From an uncultured Chloroflexia bacterium (GTDB lineage: Bacteria; Chloroflexota; Chloroflexia; QHBQ01; JADMIH01): DNA of 64,000 nt. How positions within the stretch are numbered: position 1 is the stretch's first letter; each line of letters starts with the position of its first letter. Positions 1 through 9,783 of this stretch are shown here, in pieces. The translations under genes were made by a program, and so were the position numbers. Below the pieces are notes generated by a model. That model searched no databases, was not told the origin of the DNA, and saw only the letters and a list, made by a program, of their open reading frames with translations. The DNA is taken from NCBI GenBank assembly GCA_963797095.1, contig CAWCNY010000002.1, positions 1,184,001 to 1,248,000 on the forward strand, given 5' to 3'.

Positions 1-366
1 CGACAAGCCTGCCACTATCTTCAATGTCACACCCTGTTGTTCTCTAGCCATCCCTCGCAGGTGGCGCACAGACGCTTCGCCTATGGAAGGGTGACCGGGC
101 ACGCAGTAGATCAAAGGCTCTTCCTGCTCTCCTGCTCTCCGCAATAGCTCGGTCGCTATCTGCCGGTAGATCTCCTCGAACCGGCTCTCCCTCTCATACA
201 GGTAGTCGAACGTGCGCACTTCCAGGTGCTCAGGAAGGTGATCGGCGGTGGGGTGGGTGCGAGTGCGGAGATATACCACTCTCGCCCCATCCAGCAGGCG
301 CTTGACCTCCAAAGTGACCTGTTCCCAAGCGCCAGGCCCCAGCCCGGCAGCAACAATTGTTGGCAT
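1..366 (-). CDS. mazG: YabN-type MazG nucleoside triphosphate pyrophosphohydrolase, N-terminal tetrapyrrole-methylase-like domain (partial, runs off the left edge)
   Basis: Not in the ORF track. Manual translation from ATG at 366 gives MPTIVAAGLGPGAWEQVTLEV...VYLRTRTHP...FDYLYE...FEEIYRQI...IYCVPGHPSIGEASV, matching the YabN N-terminus (GLGPG, LRTxxHP, YxVPGHP). Confidence 0.8.
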   Translation of the reverse strand, partial: MPTIVAAGLGPGAWEQVTLEVKRLLDGARVVYLRTRTHPTADHLPEHLEVRTFDYLYERESRFEEIYRQIATELLRRAGEQEEPLIYCVPGHPSIGEASVRHLRGMAREQQGVTLKIVAGLS

Positions 367-540
367 GAATTTGGCTCTTTCTGTATCAGACTATAGGTTA
401 CAGCTGACGAGTTAAGAGTGGCGATTTATCACGCAATACTACGAAGTAGGCACCAAGCCCCTACCTCGTTCCACTCGGTACCCGGCACTCAGTACTCGGC
501 ACTCCCATGATAACACGCCTGATCAGAAAGGGGCAAAGCG

Positions 541-1377
541 ATGATTTACATCGGAACCTGTGGATACAGCTACGATGATTGGAAAGGTCCGGTCTACCCG
601 GAGAACATCAAGAGCACCGAGATGCTGCCCTACTATTCGGGCCTGTTCAACACCACCGAGATCAACTACACATACTACCGGATGCCCGCCGCCCGCACCC
701 TGGCGGCTATGGCCTCAAAAGTACCCGACGACTTCATCTTCACCATCAAGGCAAGCAAAGAGCTTACCCACGAACGTGACGACGATACACAGGGCAATGG
801 CGCTACTCCGGGGAACTTCCGCCTATTCCGTGAAGCACTGACCCCACTCATCGAGCAGGAGAAGTTCGGCGCTGTGCTGGCGCAATTCCCAAGCTCATTC
901 AAGCCCGACGACGCCAACCGCGACTACCTCTCGGTGTTCCGCGACCGCATGGGCGACCTACCTGTGGTCGTCGAGTTCCGCAACGCCGCCTGGGTTACGG
1001 ACGATACTATTGAACTGCTCAGGCGCAACAACCTGGGCTATTGCTGCGTCGATGAGCCTCGCCTGCGCGGGCTAGTGCCGCCTATTGCGGTAGCAACGGC
1101 CCCTATCACCTACGTGCGCTTTCACGGTCGTAATGCAAAGAAGTGGTGGCACCATGACGAGGCATACGAGCGCTATAGCTACGAATATAAGCCCGAAGAA
1201 CTGGAAGAATGGGTTCCCAAGATCGAGAAGCTCGACAACACCGCCAACACCACCTTTGTCTTCACCAACAACCACTACCGTGGCGCTGCGGTGCGCACAG
1301 CAGAACAACTGAAGGGGCTGCTCAGCAAGGAAGGTGTGACGGGTGCGTGTCAGGTTTTAGGCAAGGGGAAAAGATGA
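541..1377 (+). CDS. DUF72 (YecE-like) protein; last codons replaced by IS sequence
   Basis: IGTCGYSYDDWKG, EINYTYY, QFPSSF, VEFRN, YVRFHGRN and FTNN motifs. The native end ...KEGVTATQ* can be rebuilt across the IS. Confidence 0.9.
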   Translation: MIYIGTCGYSYDDWKGPVYPENIKSTEMLPYYSGLFNTTEINYTYYRMPAARTLAAMASKVPDDFIFTIKASKELTHERDDDTQGNGATPGNFRLFREALTPLIEQEKFGAVLAQFPSSFKPDDANRDYLSVFRDRMGDLPVVVEFRNAAWVTDDTIELLRRNNLGYCCVDEPRLRGLVPPIAVATAPITYVRFHGRNAKKWWHHDEAYERYSYEYKPEELEEWVPKIEKLDNTANTTFVFTNNHYRGAAVRTAEQLKGLLSKEGVTGACQVLGKGKR

Positions 1378-2842
1378 TACCCTACAGGTAGAACATCCCG
1401 GCTATGGCCGAAATCCTGGGGGGTATCATCTATGGAAGTGAACAGTCAGCTTCAGGCCGTTTGTGACCTGTCGCCTATGCTCAACAGTATTGTGCAAGAA
1501 TTCGAGGAGCGTGTCAAACAACTTTGGCGCTTCAGCCAGCACAATCCACAGGCGGACTTCGCCCAATTGGAACAGCAGGCTCGCCGCTTGAGCACAGAAT
1601 GCTTCGCAGGGGCCTTGCAAACAGCCGTCCAACTGCATAGGCTCAGCATAGAAGAAGCCTGGTTGCTGGGCCAACAGTGCTGCGAGTGTGGACGACCAAC
1701 CCGATACAAAGGCAAGCACAAGCGCACCCTTCAAACCTGGGTAGGGCAAGTCACGTTGGAGAGGGGATACTTCCACTGTGCGGGGTGCGACACGGGACGC
1801 TACCCACTGGACGAGGCCCTGGGCATACCAGCCAGAACCCAATACTCTGATGGAGTGCAACAGGGAGTGTGCTTGTTAGGAGTGCAACTGCCTTTCGAGC
1901 GCGCTTCCCATTCTTTGCAGATGCTTTCGGGCATCAGCATCTCCCCTAAAGAAGCACAACGCATAACAGAGCAGAGGGGTCTTGCGTTGGAGGAACACCT
2001 GCAAGCAGAAGGTCAACTCCTGCTAAAAGGTGAGGTGGGTTCAGGTTCAGGCTCAGGCTCAGGCTCAGGCTCAGATGGAGTATGGGCAGTAGCATTAGAC
2101 GCGGGCAGGGTGCGGTATGAAGATGGGTGCAATGATACGAAGGCTGGGGTAGTATTTTGGGCCGAGCCGAAACGCAATGAGCAAGGGGAGATAGATGGTG
2201 CGCAAGCAGTGGAGAAGAGCCAAAGCTACATTGGGCAGGTCGGCTCAATGGAGGAAGCGGGAGAGCGGTTAGGGGGCGAAGCTGCAAGGCGAGGGATTGG
2301 TACACAGGAGAGGGTGGTGTGCCTGGGGGACGGAGCACCCTCAAACTGGAACCAATTCGAGATGCACTTTGCCAACCGCATAGAGGTGCTGGACTGGTAT
2401 CATGCCACCGAGCACCTATGGGAGGCAGGCAACGGGCTGTTTGGGCAGGGCACAGCAGAGGCGGTGGGTTGGGTGAAGGCGCGGGAGAAGGAGTTGTGGG
2501 AAGGGGAGGTACAAGCAGTGATACGGGCGTTGCACAAGGAGGGGCGTAGAGAGGGAATACAAGGAGAGGCTGCGAGTGAGCAGATACACTACTTCGAAAC
2601 TAATCGAGAGAGAATGCGCTACTTGGAATACCGAGCAATGGGTTGTCCGATTGGTAGCGGCACGGTAGAAAGTGCGTGCAAACAACTGATAGGTGCCCGC
2701 TTGAAAGGGGCGGGCATGTGCTGGGGAAAGTCCGGTTGTCAAGGGGTGCTCACACTACGGGCTGAGTTACTGAGCGAGCGGTGGGACCAAAGCTGGCCCA
2801 AGACCCGGATCAGAAAAGTCGCCTAAATCCTGACATGCACCC
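1341..2842 (+). mobile_element. Complete insertion sequence, ISKra4/ISLre2-type (Mutator-like DDE)
   Basis: 22-bp terminal inverted repeats at 1341-1362 (gggtgcgtgtcaggttttaggc) and 2821-2842 (reverse complement gggtgcatgtcaggatttaggc, 20/22 identical). 9-bp direct repeat aggtgtgac at 1332-1340 and 2843-2851. Confidence 0.93.
1432..2826 (+). CDS. ISKra4/UPF0236-family transposase
   Basis: Zn-finger CxxC pairs, VALDAG, LGDGAPSNW, LDWYHATEHL, YFETNRERMRY, IGSGTVESACK...RLKGAGMCW. Carries a (GS)n insertion from tcaggc repeats at about 2038-2073. Confidence 0.9.
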   Translation: MEVNSQLQAVCDLSPMLNSIVQEFEERVKQLWRFSQHNPQADFAQLEQQARRLSTECFAGALQTAVQLHRLSIEEAWLLGQQCCECGRPTRYKGKHKRTLQTWVGQVTLERGYFHCAGCDTGRYPLDEALGIPARTQYSDGVQQGVCLLGVQLPFERASHSLQMLSGISISPKEAQRITEQRGLALEEHLQAEGQLLLKGEVGSGSGSGSGSGSDGVWAVALDAGRVRYEDGCNDTKAGVVFWAEPKRNEQGEIDGAQAVEKSQSYIGQVGSMEEAGERLGGEAARRGIGTQERVVCLGDGAPSNWNQFEMHFANRIEVLDWYHATEHLWEAGNGLFGQGTAEAVGWVKAREKELWEGEVQAVIRALHKEGRREGIQGEAASEQIHYFETNRERMRYLEYRAMGCPIGSGTVESACKQLIGARLKGAGMCWGKSGCQGVLTLRAELLSERWDQSWPKTRIRKVA

Positions 2843-2924
2843 AGGTGTGACTGCAACGCAATAACGGATGCCCTCTTGTGGTAAAATCTCTATAGCATGT
2901 GCTGCATGTCACAGAGGGGGCCAC

Positions 2925-3198
2925 ATGAGCGACAACACAGCTGTCATTGAAAAAAACAGTGCATCTCGCCTCACAGACCGCAGAGCAATTAGCTCAGGTG
3001 GCAGTGAGTCAGCATCTTACTGAAGACGAAGTAGTCCAAAAGGCTCTGGAGGTCTTCTTCTCACTGAGTTTATCAGGCTCAGTAGATAGTCGTGTGTGGA
3101 CTGAATCCTCTGAAGCTGCATTCAGCAGGGTCTGGGATAACGACCAGGACGCGGCATACGATAATTGGAAGGATCTCTATGGCACTTCAGCGCGGTGA
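2925..3198 (+). pseudogene. Putative antitoxin, +1 frameshift in an A7 run
   Basis: RBS agaggggg precedes ATG 2925 (MSDNTAVIEK). The reading continues in the 2947 frame (TVHLASQ...SEAAFSRVWDNDQDAAYDNW) if one A is removed from 2950-2956. Overlaps the toxin start. Confidence 0.6.
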
Positions 3199-3516
3199 CG
3201 TGGTGCTCGTGCCTTTCCCGTTTAGCGACCAGAGTGCAACAAAGGTTCGCCCAGCAGTCGTTGTGAGCAGTGACGATTATGGGAAGAGCGAACCTGATAT
3301 TATTCTGGCAGCATTGACTTCCCAGGTAGCTTACGCTACAGGCTCATACGACTATGTAATGATTGCTGGCAACAGGCCGGTTTGCGTTTTCCTTCCGCAT
3401 TCAAGCCCATATTTACAACGCCCGATCCTGCGCTGATTGTCTATAAAGTAGGAACGTTGAGTTCGTCGGATCTGGTCGAAGTAGATAGTAGACTGCGTTT
3501 GATTTTCGGTCTCTAA
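3179..3516 (+). pseudogene. PemK/MazF-family toxin, 1-nt frameshift near 3359-3366
   Basis: MALQRGDVVLVPFPFSDQSATKVRPAVVVS...IILAALTS. The C-terminal half (WQQAGLRFPSAFKP...VGTLSSSDLVEVDSRLRLIFGL*) is in a different frame and ends at TAA 3514-3516. Confidence 0.8.
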
Positions 3517-3519
3517 CCG

Positions 3520-4818
3520 CTATGTACTCAATATTACCGCACTCTCGTCCAGCTTGAACCCGTGGGAAGATGATCTGCGCGTGCGTAGCGGGCGTATCTC
3601 CACTTGCGTGTAGCCCGCCAACTCGCCTAGCTCGGCAGCTATCTGGGGCACGCGCACCAGCACGCCCGCATGTGCCGACTCGCCCAGGATCATAATGAGG
3701 GTAGCCCCAGGCTCGAGCAGGGTCTTGATCGCTTCCATCGCTCTGAGAAGGCCGCCGAAATACTGGCGTGTCATGCGCCCATAGTCCCATCCCCACCCCT
3801 TATCGCCTAGCTTCTCATCTATCTGCGCGGCTACAGTGGCGATTGTGCGCACGCTTTCGACCCTGCGCCAATCCTCGATATCGCGATAAGTGGCTTTGGC
3901 ATCGCAGATCATCATCCGCTTCCTGAGCGCCTTCAGGTCGTCCATCCTCTCCACTAACCCCAGGAAGAAGAGCTCCAGCCGGGTCTGCATCGTGTAGTCG
4001 AGGTTATTGAGATAGGGCGGAGAGCAGATCGCCAATCGTGCGGGGAGCAACCGGTGCTCCAATCCCGACATTAGACGCACGTCGCCCTCTATCAGGTCGG
4101 TTCGTGCCCGTTCAAAGGGTTTCTGGCATTGCGCGCACTCAACATCGGCCAGCATCTTCTCTACCCTGGTCTCGAACATGGCGAGCACCGGTGCATCCTG
4201 CTTCACCTCACGCGACCCGAAAGCGTGGGGCGATAGCTTCATATTGCTCGCGCCTCTGAGGATGCTTGCCAGCGCCAGCAGGAAGAACGGCTTGTTCTCT
4301 TCCGATGTATTGCTCTCGATACACTCGCGCAAAGTGACCACCTTGCAGGCCACCTTGAGCGCGATCCATCGCTCTCGGCGCGGCATGTTGGGCAACCCAT
4401 TCGCATCTTGCAACAGAGTATCCTCGCAGGCTCTGTCCAACCTGATCCGAGCTTCGGCAAGCACCCCGGCAGCATCCAGCCTCAGCAATTCCGGTTTGCG
4501 CCATTCGTGCGTCTTTACCCTGCCCGCGAAGCAGAGAAACGGGTTCACCTCTATACCCAGCGCGTTGCACCCCATCATCCGAGCCGCCAGTAGCGTTGTG
4601 CCGGTGCCGCAGAACGGGTCGAGCACCGTCCGGCCCGCTCCTACCCCAAACTCCTCGATAGCCCTGTAAACCAGCGGCGCAGAATAGGCCTCAGGCATCA
4701 GATACCAGTCGAAGAAAGGGGTGTTGTGATTCAGTTGGGCAGTCGTTGATGAGGCAAACATGGGCATTCGTGAACCATGACGCGTAAAACGCGGCGCGTA
4801 GGAATAGTGGGCCGTCAA
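3520..4818 (-). CDS. Amino (N4C/N6A) DNA methyltransferase
   Basis: Motif I VLDPFCGTGTT, GIEVNP, and catalytic motif IV CSPPY. Confidence 0.8.
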   Translation of the reverse strand: MTAHYSYAPRFTRHGSRMPMFASSTTAQLNHNTPFFDWYLMPEAYSAPLVYRAIEEFGVGAGRTVLDPFCGTGTTLLAARMMGCNALGIEVNPFLCFAGRVKTHEWRKPELLRLDAAGVLAEARIRLDRACEDTLLQDANGLPNMPRRERWIALKVACKVVTLRECIESNTSEENKPFFLLALASILRGASNMKLSPHAFGSREVKQDAPVLAMFETRVEKMLADVECAQCQKPFERARTDLIEGDVRLMSGLEHRLLPARLAICSPPYLNNLDYTMQTRLELFFLGLVERMDDLKALRKRMMICDAKATYRDIEDWRRVESVRTIATVAAQIDEKLGDKGWGWDYGRMTRQYFGGLLRAMEAIKTLLEPGATLIMILGESAHAGVLVRVPQIAAELGELAGYTQVEIRPLRTRRSSSHGFKLDESAVILST

Positions 4819-4848
4819 AAGCCGTGGCTGATTATACCCGACAGCATT

Positions 4849-5448
4849 CTATAATGCCAATCCTCGTCCCTCGTCCCTCGTCCCTCGCCACCAATCGTTA
4901 TCCTTCACCCCTAGCGCCTCTATGAACGCCTCCCGGTCCTCCGGCGTGACCCCATATTTCTCATCCTCGGTCTCTATGATGGTGATATCTTTCCATTGGG
5001 AGGTGGCGCACATCTTCAGATGGCCGATATCCTTGTACGAGACGTTGGAAAGGGCCAGGTTGGGAACATTGATCGCAGTGACGCGCCCTACTTTGGGCCT
5101 GTTGGCGAATCTCAAGTCGAGGTCCCGTGTATATACCTTCTTGATGCTGTCCAGCGGTATCGTGTAGTGTGCCGGGCCGCCGATCAGGAGCAGGTTGCCA
5201 TCTTCTATCTCGTAGTGGATGTTTCCGGCTGCCCTGGTAACGAAGACTCCTATTGTTAGCCACACAAGCGCGTTGATCAGCAGTATCACCGTGACCAGGA
5301 TAGGCACGAACAACGGCAATATCCAGAAGAATGCCCAGACAATTAGCGCGGGCGCGAGAATAATCGCTGCTAATTTGCGGAATGGTAAGATGCCTGTGGT
5401 TGGGCGCGCCTTGAAGATACGCGCCCCGGTCAGGGGATCCGTGTCCAT
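4849..5448 (-). CDS. Membrane protein with bacterial PH-like domain
   Basis: Two N-terminal TM helices followed by a beta-rich domain (YEIEDGNLLL...IPLDSIKKV...IIETEDEKYGVTPEDREAFIEAL). RBS gggagg before ATG 5448. Confidence 0.6.
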   Translation of the reverse strand: MDTDPLTGARIFKARPTTGILPFRKLAAIILAPALIVWAFFWILPLFVPILVTVILLINALVWLTIGVFVTRAAGNIHYEIEDGNLLLIGGPAHYTIPLDSIKKVYTRDLDLRFANRPKVGRVTAINVPNLALSNVSYKDIGHLKMCATSQWKDITIIETEDEKYGVTPEDREAFIEALGVKDNDWWRGTRDEGRGLAL

Positions 5449-5703
5449 TTTGGCTTGCCTCCCGTGCAACTTTCCACCGGATGCTCAAATACTCCGGCTA
5501 CAACAGAAGCAATAGCGTGGAGAGTATATCACATGCCCGCCGGGTGGGACAACGACGAGCGAGAGCTTCCAAGGCATATACAAAGTACCCCTGTCTTGAA
5601 AAAGGGCATCACCTCTGCTACAGTGTTTACTGTTCAAGCGTGAGGTATGCCCTCGGCCTGCTCGTTATGGCCCAGGCAATCTGACTCGGAAGGCAGGCGC
5701 TGT

Positions 5704-6801
5704 ATGGAATACGAGGTCACTTTGGTGCGCGATGAAGCGGGCCTGGTGCAACTCGAAAATGCGTGGGCTCACCTCCTGGATCGGTCGCATGCCACCATAT
5801 TTGCCTCCTTCCCCTGGAATCTCGCCTGGTGGCATGCCTTCGGGCAAGACCGGCGACCCTTTGTGCTGGTCGCCGCCGACCCGGCGGGCGAACTACGCGG
5901 CATCGCCCCTCTTATGCTGAGTCATGCCGGGCCTTTGCGCAGGCTGGAGTTTCTCAGCACAGGCTTGAGCGATGCGGGCGACTTTGTACTTGACCAGGAA
6001 CACGCCTTGCCGGTGGCGCAAGCGATCTTCGCCAACCTTCGCCTCCGCAGGCGCCAATGGGATCTGCTTGACCTGGACGAAGTGCCGCTCTATTCACCGC
6101 TCGCCTCCTGGCTTGAACATGGCAGACCGCCGGGCTTCCATACCATCTGCCTGCCCCGGACCGACGCGCCTTTTGTCGCTCTCCCTGACACCTGGGAGGC
6201 GTATACAGCAACCCTGCACCGCAAGCAGCGTCAGCACCTGGAAGGGTTCGCTCGGCGCGTTATCCAGGAGACAGGGGCCCATTTTCGGCTCGTCACTAGC
6301 GCGGATGAAGCGCCGGACGCTGTGGATCGCTTCTATAAATTGCACCGCGCACGCTGGTCTACGAAAGAGGATGCCCTCAACCCTGAGCATCTTGCCCCGT
6401 CTTTCCTGCCATTCTTGCAGGAGGCTTGCAGGCGCAGCGCAGCAGCGGGCTACCTTCGATTGGCCGAGCTATATGTGGGCGACGACGTTATCTCCTCATG
6501 GATCAGTTTCCAGGTGAACACGCGTTTGAATGGCTACATGACCGGCTTCGACCCCGCCTGGAGCAAGGAGCGTCCCGGCAAACTCTTGCACGGCTTCGTG
6601 GTGCGCCAGGCCCTGTTTGAGCATGTCCGCGAGTTGGATTTCGGGCGTGGTGCCGAAGAATACAAGTTCGAGATGGGGGCCGTCAGCCGCCGCAACCTGC
6701 GCTTCATAGCAGGGAACAATATGCCCCGTTCCATGCTTGCGCTAAGCCTGATGAAGTTGCGTATCCAGCTACGCGATCTGGCTCGCCGGTATAGAAGATA
6801 G
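5704..6801 (+). CDS. GNAT acetyltransferase, CelD/BcsL-like
   Basis: IFASFPWNLAWW, GIAPL, GFDPAWSKERPGKLL, LDFGRGAEEYK. Confidence 0.8.
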   Translation: MEYEVTLVRDEAGLVQLENAWAHLLDRSHATIFASFPWNLAWWHAFGQDRRPFVLVAADPAGELRGIAPLMLSHAGPLRRLEFLSTGLSDAGDFVLDQEHALPVAQAIFANLRLRRRQWDLLDLDEVPLYSPLASWLEHGRPPGFHTICLPRTDAPFVALPDTWEAYTATLHRKQRQHLEGFARRVIQETGAHFRLVTSADEAPDAVDRFYKLHRARWSTKEDALNPEHLAPSFLPFLQEACRRSAAAGYLRLAELYVGDDVISSWISFQVNTRLNGYMTGFDPAWSKERPGKLLHGFVVRQALFEHVRELDFGRGAEEYKFEMGAVSRRNLRFIAGNNMPRSMLALSLMKLRIQLRDLARRYRR

Positions 6802-7068
6802 AAGACAGCCTTCGTGGTCGTCGCAGCCACATTTACCTTCAATGTCGGTAAGTTGGGGTAAAGATACATACCTTGGTACAGTCGATGGTCCGGATTTTGG
6901 GAGGTTTGCGATTGGGTGATTATTCTTGCCCTCATATATTCAAAGGCACTGGTGGGACAAAACTGGACACGTTTTGAGGTGTACTTTAGTACAGTTTTTG
7001 GAGTGTGGATGCGGGATGAGAGATGGCGTGGGCAAAGCGTGCGTCGCTATCACATTTTGTAGGTGCCC

Positions 7069-8202
7069 CTACTTCCTTAATTCGTGTAAATAGACCTCCT
7101 GCCACTTGCGGATCATCGTCTCTATGCTGTATTTCTGCTCTGCGTACTGTTGCGCGGCTGCGGCACGCCGTCTGGTGATCTCCGGGTGGTCGAGGCATTC
7201 TATGATGGCTCTGGCGAGAGCCTCCGGATCGCCGGGCGGCACCATTAGCCCCATCTCCCCATGATCTAGCACCTCGGCCACCCCACCCACATCCGTCGCG
7301 ACCGCCGGGCACCCTGCGGCCATAGCTTCGAGCAGCGAGAGCGGCATCCCTTCCCACATCGACGACAGCACAAATAGGTCGCTTGCCGCCAGTATCCGTT
7401 CCACGTCCGTCCTGATCCCCGTGATCACCATCTTATCGGCAATGCCGAGCGCGCCTGCCATCTCCATCACCTCGCCCCTCAGAGGCCCGTCCCCGATCAG
7501 GGCAAAGCGCACCTCAGGATGTGCGGCCACTACCTGGGCGGCGGCTTCCACAAGGAAGCGCTGTCCCTTCTGCTGAACGAGGCGGGCTACATTAGCGACC
7601 ATCGTATAATCGCCGCCCAACAACTCTCGCTTCACCTCAGAGGCGTCGAACCCGTCCGGTGGGCGGAAGCGGGCGGTGTCGATCCCGTTGGGGATGGCAA
7701 TCACGCGGCTGCGAGGCACCCCGAACCACTCGGCTATCTCCTCTCGTAGCAACGTGGACACCACGATCAGCCTGCGGCACCAGAGGCGCGCCGTCCAGCG
7801 CTCCATCCACTGGCGGTGCTTCGGCTCCTTGTCCAGGTCGATGCGCCCATTGTGAATTGTGGATACCACCGGGCGGCGGGTGATGAACCCCACCATTCTC
7901 CCCATCACATCCGAGGCCAGCAGGTGCGTGTGGATGATGTCGATCCGCTCCCGCCGGACATAGCTCACGAGCGTGCGAATGATGTGGAGATCATAGGCAT
8001 GGTGCTGGTCCAACTCAATCACCGGAAAACCAAGCGCCCGCAGGGCGGGCACGATCTTGGGGTGCGGCCAGGGGCGCAACGCGCATACGTGCAGATCAAA
8101 GCGGCTGCGGTCGATGCCTGTGGCGAAGTTGTACAGCAAGTTCTCCGCTCCTGCGTCGCCTAGCTGGTCGGTCAATTGTAGCAGCCGTATCTTTTCGGTC
8201 AT
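7069..8202 (-). CDS. Glycosyltransferase family 4
   Basis: DIIHTH, IPNGID, VARLVQQKG, EGMPLSLLEAMAAGCPAVATDVGG. Confidence 0.9.
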   Translation of the reverse strand: MTEKIRLLQLTDQLGDAGAENLLYNFATGIDRSRFDLHVCALRPWPHPKIVPALRALGFPVIELDQHHAYDLHIIRTLVSYVRRERIDIIHTHLLASDVMGRMVGFITRRPVVSTIHNGRIDLDKEPKHRQWMERWTARLWCRRLIVVSTLLREEIAEWFGVPRSRVIAIPNGIDTARFRPPDGFDASEVKRELLGGDYTMVANVARLVQQKGQRFLVEAAAQVVAAHPEVRFALIGDGPLRGEVMEMAGALGIADKMVITGIRTDVERILAASDLFVLSSMWEGMPLSLLEAMAAGCPAVATDVGGVAEVLDHGEMGLMVPPGDPEALARAIIECLDHPEITRRRAAAAQQYAEQKYSIETMIRKWQEVYLHELRK

Positions 8203-8429
8203 GGCTGCCCGGTATCCTGGGTGGCGATGGGAACCCTCCTCCGGGCGCGGCTAAATGTTGCGTCCGGCAATGTCTGGTACACCTGCGGCATTCTACCCCA
8301 GCCCATTTTGTCTGTCAAAGTATGCTCCCTGGATTGTGAGGTTGGATCGCCTGTGCTACACTAGGGACGAGCCTGCGATGGGTCAGGAGACTCCTGTTTC
8401 AGCCTGATAATACAGAGGGCCGGTATTGC

Positions 8430-9695
8430 ATGTCAGAGCAAAAGGTTGATATATGCGTGGTCGGCGCTGGCGCTGCCGGGGTCGCCTGTGCGCAGGGCCT
8501 TGCCCGCCAGGGTGCTTCGGTCGTTCTCCTCGACCGCTTGCACCCTATGCCTGATGTCTTGAAGGCAGAGAAGATAGAGCCGGAAGGGGTGCTAGCCATA
8601 CTCCGGCTCGGTTTCCAATCTGCTATCGATGAGGCCGCTACCCCACTTCATAACGTTCAGGTCTTCTTCGGCGAGCGCCACCTGGGCACCCTCCCACTCG
8701 ACCCGCCCGAAGCCGGAATGCTCTATCATGACCTCATCAACACCCTTCGCAAGCACCTCGACCCGACCGTGCAATTCCTGCAGGGGGTAAAGGCCACCGC
8801 CTTCAACCATACCGGAGAAGGTATAGAGGTGGTGACAGAGGGAGAAACGCGCATCCCTTGCAGGCTGGTCATACTTGCCACAGGCGATGCCCACCAGCTA
8901 CTGGAGTTTATGGGCGGTGTTTACGAGCCGCAGGTCCCCTACAATGTCTTCGCGGCGGCTTTTACCTTTGAGGGCACATTGGGCAATCAGCGTTCGCCGG
9001 TCAATTCGCAGACCTATCACCGCCCGGTGGCCGGCGGTCCCATAGCTTATGCCACCTTCTTTCGCCTGGGATCGGCTCTCAGGGCCAACATCTTCTGCCC
9101 CGGTCCCATCGATGAGACCTGGCAGCGCGACCTCAAGCAGCGCCCTTTGGAGATAATGTCTGAGCGTAGCCGTGTGCTTGCCGAAGCCAGCCGCTCATGG
9201 CGCGTGACCTCTCCTGTCATAATCCGCAAGATGCGGGTGTCGCGCCTCACCCCGCCGGTAGTGCCCCGCATCTTGGCGCTGGGCGACGCGGCCCATATCA
9301 TCGACCCATCGGGAGGTGGCGGGCTGACTTTCGCGCTCATGGAGGCCGAGCTTTTGCTTGATTACTACCTGCCGCGCTGGCTCAGGGGGGATGATGGCGG
9401 TTCCTCCGCTATCCAGGCTTTCTATGACGATCCACGGCGCGTGCGCGCGGTGCAAGCGTTCTTCGATAGAGGCCGCTATATCCTGGCCCTGAACCACGAC
9501 TCTTCACTGACCGGTCGCTCTCGCCGCCTCCGCTTCGCTTTGCGCCACCTGCTGGCCTCGCGCCTCGGAAACCGCTCGTCCCACCCCGGCCCGGAGTCCG
9601 CAACCGGCAAGCCCTGGCACCTGCCCGCTCCCTATCTCTACGAGCAATATGCTCAAGATAAGGGGGTGAGGCAGGGTCCCAGGCGCTCTATGTAG
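8430..9695 (+). CDS. FAD-dependent monooxygenase/oxidoreductase
   Basis: N-terminal VVGAGAAG Rossmann motif and LGDAAHIIDPSGGGGL motif. Confidence 0.8.
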   Translation: MSEQKVDICVVGAGAAGVACAQGLARQGASVVLLDRLHPMPDVLKAEKIEPEGVLAILRLGFQSAIDEAATPLHNVQVFFGERHLGTLPLDPPEAGMLYHDLINTLRKHLDPTVQFLQGVKATAFNHTGEGIEVVTEGETRIPCRLVILATGDAHQLLEFMGGVYEPQVPYNVFAAAFTFEGTLGNQRSPVNSQTYHRPVAGGPIAYATFFRLGSALRANIFCPGPIDETWQRDLKQRPLEIMSERSRVLAEASRSWRVTSPVIIRKMRVSRLTPPVVPRILALGDAAHIIDPSGGGGLTFALMEAELLLDYYLPRWLRGDDGGSSAIQAFYDDPRRVRAVQAFFDRGRYILALNHDSSLTGRSRRLRFALRHLLASRLGNRSSHPGPESATGKPWHLPAPYLYEQYAQDKGVRQGPRRSM

Positions 9696-9783
9696 CCATA
9701 ATTAATCTGGTATGATATGCTCCATACGCCTGACCCGCGTATCCTACAATCGCATGAGATAACCTCACCTGGAGGGAGGAGTT

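Noticed and set aside
156-356. 66-aa minus-strand ORF in the track
   Set aside because: Wrong frame; the real gene is the YabN/MazG frame starting at 366.
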